Assembly: GCA_019058445.1 (NCBI GenBank)
Contig: JAHPZA010000002.1
Span: forward strand, 32,001 to 96,000
Reading direction: 5' to 3'
Source: Promethearchaeota archaeon
GTDB taxonomy: Archaea; Asgardarchaeota; Lokiarchaeia; Sigyniarchaeales; SOKP01
DNA length: 64,000 bases
Shown: positions 40,097 to 49,360 of the stretch, in pieces
Position numbering within the stretch: the stretch's first letter is position 1
How the letters are laid out: every line of letters begins with the position of its first letter
Notes under the pieces: model-generated
Databases searched by the model: none
What the model saw: only the letters and a program-made list of their open reading frames with translations
What the model was told of the DNA's origin: nothing
Made by a program: the position numbers and the translations under genes

Positions 40097-41626
40097 ATGA
40101 AATGGAAGAAAATTTTACTAATCGTAGCAAATTATAAAACAACGGGTTATGATTTCTATGATTCCGCTTTTCCGCCGTTGGCGTTGGAATATATAGCTGC
40201 CTACGTGGAAGATATATTGGATGTAAGCATCTTAGACACAAAAGCAGCAAATTTAAGTTTAACACAAACCAGAGACAAAATTGCAGAATTTAATCCTGAT
40301 TTAGTAGGATTAAGCGTCCCGGTCACGAGCGCAATTGATACTGTGCTTAGCTATGCAAAGATAGCTAAACAACATGGATGTACCACCGTAATCGGGGGAT
40401 GGCACCCTACACTCGCAGTTGAGCAGACCTTATCATCTCCGTGGATTGATATTTTAGTAAGAGGGGAGGGAGAATTCACGTTCAGGGAGCTCATAGAGAG
40501 AGGAACCCCGGAAAATATAAAGGGTTTATCGTATAAAAATAACGGGAAAATAATCCATAACCCAGATAGACCTTTTCTTAGAGATTTAAATGAATTAATG
40601 TTTCCTTCTAGGCATTTGGTAAAAAAATATGAGTACAAGATATTTAATATGAACTGTGATGTGATAGAGACATCTCGGGGTTGTCCGCAAGGGTGCCGAT
40701 TCTGCAGCACGCATGTCGTCTATAAGCGCAGGTGGAGGGCTCGTTCGGTGGAAAACGTAGTTAAAGAACTGGAAAATATTTCGCAAAATAAAAATATCAC
40801 AGATGTGTTTTTTGTTGATGATAATATTCTCGTGGATATGAAACGGGTTGGCAAGCTATGCATAGAGATTATCCGGAGGAAAAGAGAGGGTAAAATTAAT
40901 AAAAAATTGAAATTTTTTTTCCAGGGCAGATTAGATTCAATGGCTCGATATCCAAAAATAACCAAACTGATGGGCATTGCAGGCTTTTGGCTTGTCTTAG
41001 TAGGAGTAGAAGCCACGGATGATGAAACCTTAAAGATTATTGATAAGGGATGTAAATTAGAAAATATTAAAAAAGGCATAGAAGTACTGCATGACAGCGG
41101 TATCTTAGTTATGGGAAACGTAATTATAGGGGCAAACCTTGAAGATAGGATAGAGGATGTCTTTATTACCATAAAAAGAACCAGAGAGTTAGGTTTAGAT
41201 TTACCCAGTTTTACTCTCCTAACTCCATTCCCCTCTACCGATTTTTATAAGGAAATAAAAGAAAAAAACCTCTTATTGACGGAAGATTATTCTAGCTACA
41301 ATTGGCTAAATCCAGTAATAAAAACCCCAAATCTTAGTCCTGAGGCTCTTAAACACTTATTATTCTTAGCCTTTTTTTATATTAATTATTACGGAGGAGG
41401 CTGGGTACATAAATTAAGTTTGTTTTATAGGAGTACCAAATATAGAGGGTGGAATTTCACTTTTCACCCGATTAGATTTTATCGAACGTTATTGTCTTAT
41501 ATCAAATGGCGACGCATCGTTCATTATAATTTACAGGATTTAGATAAAAAAATTCATCAAATTAAATTTGGAACACTTAAAGAAATGGAAGAATTAAGGC
41601 ATGCCATCGCACAAGAAATTGAATAA
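40097..41626 (+). CDS. Cobalamin-binding radical SAM enzyme (class B type)
   Basis: PPLALEYIA, GGWHPT, RGEGE, SRGCPQGCRFC, FVDDN, TPFPST. Confidence 0.92.
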   Translation: MKWKKILLIVANYKTTGYDFYDSAFPPLALEYIAAYVEDILDVSILDTKAANLSLTQTRDKIAEFNPDLVGLSVPVTSAIDTVLSYAKIAKQHGCTTVIGGWHPTLAVEQTLSSPWIDILVRGEGEFTFRELIERGTPENIKGLSYKNNGKIIHNPDRPFLRDLNELMFPSRHLVKKYEYKIFNMNCDVIETSRGCPQGCRFCSTHVVYKRRWRARSVENVVKELENISQNKNITDVFFVDDNILVDMKRVGKLCIEIIRRKREGKINKKLKFFFQGRLDSMARYPKITKLMGIAGFWLVLVGVEATDDETLKIIDKGCKLENIKKGIEVLHDSGILVMGNVIIGANLEDRIEDVFITIKRTRELGLDLPSFTLLTPFPSTDFYKEIKEKNLLLTEDYSSYNWLNPVIKTPNLSPEALKHLLFLAFFYINYYGGGWVHKLSLFYRSTKYRGWNFTFHPIRFYRTLLSYIKWRRIVHYNLQDLDKKIHQIKFGTLKEMEELRHAIAQEIE

Positions 41627-41689
41627 AAAAATAGAGAATGTTTAAAAATAATGAAAAAAGGAATTAAAATCTCAGAAATGCTGTAATTA

Positions 41690-42088
41690 TTATTTTTTTT
41701 TCTTTGGTTTTCCAGCTGCTCTTCTTTCTGCTTCGGTCCATGGCTTCTTCTTCGATTCTTTTCCAGGAGGACACCCAAAATCATCTCTTACTTTACATTC
41801 AGGTTTACTGTCTGATCCAGGACAAGGTTCACATTTCATCTTTCTTAACATCGCTTCAACTTCGTTTACTTCATATCCAAATTCCTCGTCTTCTGTCTCA
41901 TCTGTGAGCATATCATCTTCGATTTTACTGAGGTCAAAATCAACATCCTCTTCTAAATTATCTTTTTCATCATATAAATCGATAACCTCATCTCCATCTT
42001 CATCCGCTTTGCCTTCGGGAATTTCATCCTCTTCAGGTTCAACCGTTACTTTTTTCTTTTTAGCCACTACTATTTTCACTAACTCCAT
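41690..42088 (-). CDS. Hypothetical acidic protein with a C-terminal 4-Cys cluster and basic termini
   Basis: D/E-rich core; CEPC...C...GCPP. Confidence 0.7.
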   Translation of the reverse strand: MELVKIVVAKKKKVTVEPEEDEIPEGKADEDGDEVIDLYDEKDNLEEDVDFDLSKIEDDMLTDETEDEEFGYEVNEVEAMLRKMKCEPCPGSDSKPECKVRDDFGCPPGKESKKKPWTEAERRAAGKPKKKK

Positions 42089-42292
42089 TAATTGGATATA
42101 GAATTTAAAATTAGTTGGTACATTAAAATGTAACTTAAAATTTAGACTTTTTGTTTTTTTAGCAAATTATACATATATAATATGAGGAGTAAATTCTTAA
42201 AAAAGAGGGATAGTTAAACCATTTTTGTGCAGATTTGAGAAAAAAAGATAAAGAAAATACAAGTCGCTTCGCATATTTGTGTTTTTTCTTGC

Positions 42293-42415
42293 TTAAGGTG
42301 ATCCTTCTCCACAACCAGGGATAGAAACCCCTGCTGCGGCCATACTAAGACCATATGACAGCGTTAATAAGATGGCGAGAGCCACTATTACTTTCTTGGA
42401 ATAAGCTTTAGGCAT
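42293..42415 (-). CDS. Unannotated 40-aa microprotein with a signal peptide or single TM helix
   Basis: Manual translation MPKAYSKKVIVALAILLTLSYGLSMAAAGVSIPGCGEGSP*; GC-richer than its flanks. Confidence 0.6.
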   Translation of the reverse strand: MPKAYSKKVIVALAILLTLSYGLSMAAAGVSIPGCGEGSP

Positions 42416-42659
42416 ATGATAACCCAACCTTGTTTATTGATAAATTTTCGTTAAATGAAAAATTAACAGCAATAATTTAATTTTAGTCTATTTAAATGCC
42501 GAAAATTTTGAGAAGGAATTTTACCGCATCACAAAATACTAATTTAAAAAAGACAGGTGAAATTGAGTAAAAATGACAAGACGATATGAAAGAGCAGGTT
42601 TTTTTTAAAAATTAGTCTGACTAAAGATGCTTGTATTAGAAAGTGGAAAGCTCCAGCAA

Positions 42660-43658
42660 TTAACTCATTCCAATTTCTGTTTCAATTAATCTAGTTATTC
42701 CGATATCAAAGAAATTATTGAAACTATTTAAGAAATAGCTAATTATATTTCTAACTTGTTGTTCTTCGATATTTGACTCATTAAATTTAATTTCTTGGAG
42801 TATTATGCGCAATCGAATGAGATATTCTTGAAATTCTGATATTGAGTCTAGATTAATAATATCATAGTTTTTGATGATCTCACTCAGTAAATTGGGGATT
42901 CGTTCTAAAAGTTCTGAGTATTTTTTAATAACTGTGTTTGAAATGAGTTGTAATGTTAATGCCTCATTAATGAAATCACGCACGTAGAGTAAAATCACCC
43001 TATCCCCTAAAAACCTAATAATGGGGAAATTCTTATATCCTTTCGAGATGGGATAATCTGCCAAACCTGTAATAAGGATTCTACGACCCAGACTGTATTT
43101 TCTGTCTATTTCGTCTAATATAAGTTGGTTGTCCTTTCTAATACTGCCTTTAATAATATCAGTTACTACTGTAGTAAACACACTCGATAAATCAGACAAC
43201 ACTTCCGGGAGAGCTGTTTTGGATGTATCAAGTAAAAAATTTATCAGAAATTCGCTATTTTCGTTGATATTTTTGAAATCAATTCCGATAATTTCGCTCC
43301 GTAATGAAACTAATAATTTGTTAACCTCTTCTTGATTATCATCGTTATACTTTATGTAAATCTCGTCTATATTCAATTTAAAAGCACTAATAATTGCTTG
43401 CTTTATTAGATTCATGGACCAAATATTCGCATCAATTCTAAAAATGGTTTTAGCTTTTTCTTTATCAAAAGCCCGGATAATGATCGTCTTTTCGTCTAAA
43501 GGATAGAGAGTCACCTCTGATTTTTCGTCTAAATCTGCGTTTATAGTCCAGTCTTGAGGAAAAGTTATGGCTTTGCTATTGCCTAGCTTAATAACGCTCC
43601 TTACATATTTACTTTTAAGTTTTGGCTTCTCTTCAGACTCTTTTTTAGATTTTGGCAT
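42660..43658 (-). CDS. AbrB-domain / PhoU-like regulator
   Basis: RSVIKLGNSKAITFPQDW AbrB motif; helical C-terminus with DEIDRKY. Confidence 0.8.
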   Translation of the reverse strand: MPKSKKESEEKPKLKSKYVRSVIKLGNSKAITFPQDWTINADLDEKSEVTLYPLDEKTIIIRAFDKEKAKTIFRIDANIWSMNLIKQAIISAFKLNIDEIYIKYNDDNQEEVNKLLVSLRSEIIGIDFKNINENSEFLINFLLDTSKTALPEVLSDLSSVFTTVVTDIIKGSIRKDNQLILDEIDRKYSLGRRILITGLADYPISKGYKNFPIIRFLGDRVILLYVRDFINEALTLQLISNTVIKKYSELLERIPNLLSEIIKNYDIINLDSISEFQEYLIRLRIILQEIKFNESNIEEQQVRNIISYFLNSFNNFFDIGITRLIETEIGMS

Positions 43659-43750
43659 AGGGAAAGCAATATAATTTTTATATTATTATATAATTAATAT
43701 AATTCTCTTATCATTATATAAATTTTCATGCCAAATATAAGGAAAAAAAT

Positions 43751-45829
43751 TCATAATTTAAAAACCCGATTGGCTATTTCATCAATTTCAAAAACAAGCT
43801 GCTGATTTTTAGATAAAAATTTGTATGAATTCATAATCGAACGTAAGTTTAGTTCTAATTCTTTTTTTGAATAGAGTTTAAATTTAGGTAAACTAAATTT
43901 GGGAAATAAGAATTTAAACTCTATATTTGGGAGAATTTCTTGTGGATGGGTTAGTAATTTCAATAGATTTGATATTTTAGTATTATCAAAAAGTTCCTTT
44001 ACGTACACTAATCGTACTAATGAATTAGATAAGTTAAGAAAAAAAGTGTGACACATTTCAATTTCCTGAGAACTGAAAAATAACATGTTTTGCTCCATTA
44101 AAATTTGAGATAAGACTTGATTGATCTTACCCAAATAAGAAAGAGATATGGGAAAACTTTCCGGTATGGGCAGTCTTTTGATAAAGCTCCCGTTAAACCT
44201 TAAATATCCGCCGGACATATGCAGAGACCAAAATAAAGCCTTAAAAATAGAATCCATTAATTTCGAGTTGAGGAGAGATAACAGACAAAACAGTTTATTT
44301 GTAGTAAATGATGGAATTGTTATGAAATAGAGCCCAGTGATGTTTGTAAAAACCCCCGGATCGTATAACGCCGTTAAACTTTTTGCAATTTCCCTAAAAA
44401 TTAATTTTTCACTGCTTAAATCTTGCCAAATATCTTTAAACACCTCATTATACTTAAAGTAAGAAATAGCGATGTCCCTTTTAGCTATTCGAATTCTTTT
44501 CTGAAAATCTATGTGAAATTGTTTAACATTACCAGTTCCTAAAAGGAGTAAGTCATTCTGGGAACTTTTAGTTTCACTAACGTTCTTAAAATGTTTTTCC
44601 CATTGTAAAAAGCCAAAAGGTCTATATATGATTTTCAAATCGTTAATTACTTGAGACATAGGTTTAAAATTCGAGAAGATATATTGCATGAGTTCAATAT
44701 TACCAAATATGGGAATAACTTTTGATGGAAACGTATTAATCCAGTGTTGACTCACTATTTTTGAATTCATAAAATTATACTTAACCATATCATCCAGAGT
44801 TTCGCAATTCTGAATAGTAAATTTAGTACGATTATTGGAACTTTTTTTTCTGAAAGAGAGAATGATTGGATATATCGCAGCTTTGGCAAAGACAGGCAAT
44901 GAAGATATATTGATTATTTCTTTAATTTCAGTATTTTGAAGCAAAATCGTCCTTATTTTTATCCCATAATCGGCTGCCAAAAATTTATTAGTCATCAGAA
45001 ATGAAAGGTATCCATAATTCTCTTTTAGCATTTCTAAGGATTTTTCAAGAAATACAATTGAGAGATCATAGAGTCGATAGGCAGATGTGAATCTTTTTTT
45101 TACCTTTTTTTTAAAATTCATATCTTTAATTTTTTTATTTTCGATATAAGGGGGATTTCCAAGAATGATATCAAATTTCTCATGAGGATTGAATTCTAAA
45201 AGAAAATCTGAGTTATAGATATGAAAGGAGATCTCAGCATTATTTAAAATTTCATCGAGGGTCGCATTTTTTAGTGATATAAATTTCGGGTCGATATCGG
45301 ATGATGTTTTGGGTGATGTATCTGATAAATACCATGAAAGTAATCGTATTTTGCAAATATTATGAGCTGGTATATCAAGATCCACACCATACAAGATGTT
45401 TTGAATGATATTTTTTTTGATTTCAACTTCTTCGAGATCTGGTGTGAGCAGCTTGTATATGTTTAAGATTAGCTTTCCCGCAGAAATTAAAAATCTCCCA
45501 GAGCCACATGCGGGATCCATAATTTTAATATGTTCAATTCTACGAGTTAATACTTTTTTCATTTCTGGATGTCGTTCAAATATCGAAGAGAGTGCTTTAA
45601 GATCTCTTGGATTAGTAAGGAGTATATCATCTTTTAAACCAAATTCTTCAAACATATCTTTAAGATAGATGCGAAAGAGATTTCTTATAATAAATTCTGC
45701 CATCTGACTTGGGGTATATACGCTTCCAGAATATTGCCCACTTTCTTTTTCTCTTAATATTTTGTTTTCAAACTTATCCACTACCTCATTAAAGAAAGCG
45801 ATAATTTTTCTAGAACTGAGATTTTTCAT
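43751..45829 (-). CDS. N6-adenine DNA methyltransferase (Eco57I/TaqI-like, gamma order), apparently solitary
   Basis: GSVYTP, DPACGSG, YGVDLD, GNPPY, C-terminal TRD-like KLIFRE. Confidence 0.9.
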   Translation of the reverse strand: MKNLSSRKIIAFFNEVVDKFENKILREKESGQYSGSVYTPSQMAEFIIRNLFRIYLKDMFEEFGLKDDILLTNPRDLKALSSIFERHPEMKKVLTRRIEHIKIMDPACGSGRFLISAGKLILNIYKLLTPDLEEVEIKKNIIQNILYGVDLDIPAHNICKIRLLSWYLSDTSPKTSSDIDPKFISLKNATLDEILNNAEISFHIYNSDFLLEFNPHEKFDIILGNPPYIENKKIKDMNFKKKVKKRFTSAYRLYDLSIVFLEKSLEMLKENYGYLSFLMTNKFLAADYGIKIRTILLQNTEIKEIINISSLPVFAKAAIYPIILSFRKKSSNNRTKFTIQNCETLDDMVKYNFMNSKIVSQHWINTFPSKVIPIFGNIELMQYIFSNFKPMSQVINDLKIIYRPFGFLQWEKHFKNVSETKSSQNDLLLLGTGNVKQFHIDFQKRIRIAKRDIAISYFKYNEVFKDIWQDLSSEKLIFREIAKSLTALYDPGVFTNITGLYFITIPSFTTNKLFCLLSLLNSKLMDSIFKALFWSLHMSGGYLRFNGSFIKRLPIPESFPISLSYLGKINQVLSQILMEQNMLFFSSQEIEMCHTFFLNLSNSLVRLVYVKELFDNTKISNLLKLLTHPQEILPNIEFKFLFPKFSLPKFKLYSKKELELNLRSIMNSYKFLSKNQQLVFEIDEIANRVFKL

Positions 45830-45909
45830 TGAAATCTAATAAAAATATAATACTTTTTCACTTGATTGAGTATAATTTGTTTTTAATTTAGGTTTTCTTA
45901 TATATATAT

Positions 45910-46812
45910 ATGATTGATGGTTCATTAGTACAAAAATTACTTAAAAATCCAGAAGAAATTTCCAAGTTAACATTGCACGATATTTCTCAGATTTTGAGAG
46001 ATGCAAAAGGATTATTTGAGAATGAAACCCTATTATTAGAGTTTACTATTGGGGAAAAAGAGGAAATTTATGTACTTGGAGATATTCATGGAAATATGCA
46101 ATCTTTACTGAAATTAGTAGAGCTTATTAACAAAAATAATCCAAAATTCGTTATATTTTTAGGAGATATAGTGGATCGTGGACCAAAACAATTAGAGTGC
46201 TTAATATACGTTTTGCTGTTAAAGATTCTCAAACCTCAAACCTTTTATATTTTAAGAGGGAATCACGAAACCTTAGAAATGAACCAAGCATATGGTTTTT
46301 TTTATGAATTTTCCCAGAAATTTGAGAATTATGAGGCATTTAAAGAAATTCTGGCCGTTTATGACGTACTTCCGATATGTTCGATTATTAATAATAGTAT
46401 CCTATGTTTACATGGGGGAATCCCTGAAGATGGTGGTATTTTAAAAAAATTGAAAGGCCTAAAACCACAAGATATTGACACATCAACTTTAGAATCTATC
46501 GCACTGGGAATTTTTCAAATCATGTGGAATGATCCAAAGCCTGGTTTAGGAGGTTTTATGAGAAGTTATAGAGGTCCTGGTATAAAATTTTTTGGACAAG
46601 AGGCTTTTAATAGGTTTATGGTAGAAAATAACTTAAAATATCTTATAAGAGCACACGAGTGTTTTCCAGAGGGTTATGTATGGTTTTTTAATTATCGTTT
46701 GTTATCTATATTCTCTTCTGCTAATTATCGGGGAGATTATTCTCCAAATCCAGCTAGTTATGCAATAGTAAAAGATAATGATGTAATTCCAAAAAACATA
46801 GAACTTTTATAA
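45910..46812 (+). CDS. PPP-family Ser/Thr protein phosphatase
   Basis: GDIHG, GDIVDRG, LRGNHE, HGG, WNDP, RAHE, FSSANY. Confidence 0.94.
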   Translation: MIDGSLVQKLLKNPEEISKLTLHDISQILRDAKGLFENETLLLEFTIGEKEEIYVLGDIHGNMQSLLKLVELINKNNPKFVIFLGDIVDRGPKQLECLIYVLLLKILKPQTFYILRGNHETLEMNQAYGFFYEFSQKFENYEAFKEILAVYDVLPICSIINNSILCLHGGIPEDGGILKKLKGLKPQDIDTSTLESIALGIFQIMWNDPKPGLGGFMRSYRGPGIKFFGQEAFNRFMVENNLKYLIRAHECFPEGYVWFFNYRLLSIFSSANYRGDYSPNPASYAIVKDNDVIPKNIELL

Positions 46813-47226
46813 AACTAATTCTGGAAAATTTAGAACAACTTCAGGATATTTTTTAATTTCTTCTTTCCATCTATCGTTTAAATCAAGATCAGGTGTTAAC
46901 TTTAAGGAATTTATGGTTTCTTGAGTGGGAACATATATCAAGGCGTTCGACCTCTTGTTATTTTTTAAGATAATTTCTATTTCATAGCGTTCATAAAGAC
47001 CAGAATGAAGTCCTTCATAATAATCTAATTCAATGAGCTGCTCCTGATTTACATCAAATTTAAGAGCCCAAAAAGAAGAATTCCTTAATGGTAAAACAAA
47101 TGGAAACCAATTTCCTTTAGGAAAAATTCGTATAAAATTAGGAACTTTGCATACTTCTACATTATTTTTTTCTTTCCAATGCCCCCGTGTGATAAAAGTT
47201 CCATAACCGATAACGGAAATACTCAT
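46807..47226 (-). CDS. Gamma-glutamylcyclotransferase-like protein
   Basis: GYGT, LDYYEG...LYER. Confidence 0.82.
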   Translation of the reverse strand: MSISVIGYGTFITRGHWKEKNNVEVCKVPNFIRIFPKGNWFPFVLPLRNSSFWALKFDVNQEQLIELDYYEGLHSGLYERYEIEIILKNNKRSNALIYVPTQETINSLKLTPDLDLNDRWKEEIKKYPEVVLNFPELVL

Positions 47227-47339
47227 TATTAGATTTTTAGTCTATTGTAAATTCTTTATGATCTGTAAAATGAAAAGGTTTTTGAGAGAGATAAAATCCA
47301 GTATAGTTAAATAACCAAAAAAAATAATTTTATCAAATA

Positions 47340-47600
47340 TTAATAGATTTCGCTTGCATCTGGTTTTACAAATAAGAGATTATTACCCCTAATAAAGATT
47401 TCATTATACTTTGCCACAGGGGATCCATCCATGATTTCAGTGGCATCTTCCAAAATCATGTTCATATAAGCGTCAATTTCTTTTAACAATCCACGATATT
47501 CTGTGCCGTCCTTTAATCTTAGCAAAATTTTAGATTTTTGGGCGTTTTGTAATATGTGTAATGGATTTTTTGATTTCTGTTGTGAGTTATTTCTCGACAT
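47340..47600 (-). CDS. Sm/Lsm family RNA-binding protein
   Basis: LKDGTEYRGLLKEIDAYMNMILEDATE, FIRGNN. Confidence 0.95.
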   Translation of the reverse strand: MSRNNSQQKSKNPLHILQNAQKSKILLRLKDGTEYRGLLKEIDAYMNMILEDATEIMDGSPVAKYNEIFIRGNNLLFVKPDASEIY

Positions 47601-47782
47601 ATTAAATGTTTACCTTTAACAAAATAAATTAATTATAATTATAAACGTATAAAATTCTAATCTAGAAAAAACCAATTCTAAATTAAAACCTTTTGATTAT
47701 TTTTTAATGAGATTCTTAAAAAAGATCACAAAAATTTAATTTTCACTTATCATAGACTTAATGGAAAATTAAGAAATTAAAA

Positions 47783-48370
47783 ATGAAACCTGTAAAAAAT
47801 AACAAGAAACGAGAGATCATAGATAAATATAATCAAACGTCAGAGTTTTATGATAGACGGTATGAAAAAATTCAAGAAGATAAATACCGTTTAATTTTAA
47901 ACGATATAAGGATTAACGAGAAGGTTATTTTAGATACAGGTTGTGGTACAGGACTTTTATTTGATTATATGAAGAGCTCATTTGAAAATCTTTTTAACCA
48001 TGATTATCATTATGTGGGAGTGGATATTTCAATTAACATGCTAAAAAGGTTCTACTTCAAAATTGATCAAAAAGCCAAAAATATTGATTTAATCTTGTCT
48101 GATTTAGAGAATTTACCTTTGAGGGACAATACGTTTGATTTATTATTTTCATTTACATCTTTACAAAACTTACCGGATATCATTCAAGGAATAAGAGAAT
48201 CATTTAGAGTAGTAAAAAATGGTGCAGAAGTACATTTCTCTATTTTAAAGAAACGATTAAATAAAAAAAAGCTAATAAGCATAATAGAACATAAATTAAA
48301 GCATATGAAAATTATAGAGAGAGAATCCATTGAGGACACACTGTTTACAGGAATAACTTTAAAAAAATAA
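47783..48370 (+). CDS. Class I SAM-dependent methyltransferase
   Basis: ILDTGCGTG, GVDIS, LPLRDNTFD. Confidence 0.9.
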   Translation: MKPVKNNKKREIIDKYNQTSEFYDRRYEKIQEDKYRLILNDIRINEKVILDTGCGTGLLFDYMKSSFENLFNHDYHYVGVDISINMLKRFYFKIDQKAKNIDLILSDLENLPLRDNTFDLLFSFTSLQNLPDIIQGIRESFRVVKNGAEVHFSILKKRLNKKKLISIIEHKLKHMKIIERESIEDTLFTGITLKK

Positions 48371-49261
48371 AAACCTTTTTTTCTTCTTCTGATAAAAAGT
48401 CTCTATAATTTCATTTACATTGCTCTCAATATTGAATTTTTTTTGAAAATAATTACACACATTTTCAATGTCTCGTCGTAGAATACTTTGAGCATTTGGA
48501 TGATCACTTGGTATCCATTGCAGCCAATCAATTATGAGAATATTACCAACCTCATCCACAACTATGTTAAATTCTCCAAGGTCCCCATGGATCATATTAG
48601 CGTTTTGGAAAATAATTCTTGCTTGATCAATTATTTTATTAAATATATAAAGCGGATCATCAATATGTTTATAATAAGAGAGTTCTTTTCCCCTTAAATA
48701 TTCCATTACCACAATATGTCGATTATATCCTATTGGTTTAGGGGTATTTAAGTTAAGAGCATATATGTTTTTTAATGCTTCATATTCTCTTTTAGCTGCA
48801 AGTCTATTTACATAAAGCCATGAAAAATGAGCTCTCTCTCCGATAAGATCTCTATACTTTTTTATGTTTTTAAAACTCGTTCTACCCATCCGGTACAACT
48901 TAAGAGCGTATATATTTTCATCATCATCCATACAACTATATACATCAGATTCCTTTCCCTTTCCTAATAAGGGTCCCAGCTGGCTTACAATATTCTTTTC
49001 TACTAAAGTATGTAGTGCTAATAAATCATATCCTATAGAATTAAGGGTGTAACCCACTTCACTTTTAGAAGAATCTCGAATTATTAAATCAAATTTATGT
49101 ACTTTCTTTAAACGATAAAGAGTCTCTTCCATTTTATATCGAGAATAGAATTTGATATCATTAATTTTAACAAATTCTGATCTCTTCATTCCTATTTCAA
49201 TTGATTGAAGGATTCTTAAATCTTCTTTCTCAAGTTCGGTCAGTAGTTTTGCAGCTTCAAT
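48359..49261 (-). CDS. rio2: RIO2 kinase, probably starting at non-canonical ATT 49261
   Basis: GYDLLAL, GKGKESDVY, GRTSF, IHGDLGEFN, IIDW. The frame upstream of ATG 49189 encodes ..EDLRILQSIEIGM.. (RIO2 winged-helix start). Confidence 0.9.
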   Translation of the reverse strand: MEAAKLLTELEKEDLRILQSIEIGMKRSEFVKINDIKFYSRYKMEETLYRLKKVHKFDLIIRDSSKSEVGYTLNSIGYDLLALHTLVEKNIVSQLGPLLGKGKESDVYSCMDDDENIYALKLYRMGRTSFKNIKKYRDLIGERAHFSWLYVNRLAAKREYEALKNIYALNLNTPKPIGYNRHIVVMEYLRGKELSYYKHIDDPLYIFNKIIDQARIIFQNANMIHGDLGEFNIVVDEVGNILIIDWLQWIPSDHPNAQSILRRDIENVCNYFQKKFNIESNVNEIIETFYQKKKKRFLFF

Positions 49262-49360
49262 AAACTAATGGTAAGTTTGTTACTTTAAAAGATTTATTGA
49301 TCTGAATAAAACAATTACGCAAACCAAATTTAAAATAGTATAAAGAGCCCACAAATAAAC

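Noticed and set aside
36332-42415. A single RiPP biosynthetic cluster spanning the ATP-grasp gene to the microprotein
   Set aside because: Orientations are mixed and there is no transporter or leader motif; kept only as a testable hypothesis.
43751-45829. Restriction-modification or defence island
   Set aside because: No nuclease or other defence gene is adjacent; the neighbours are housekeeping genes.
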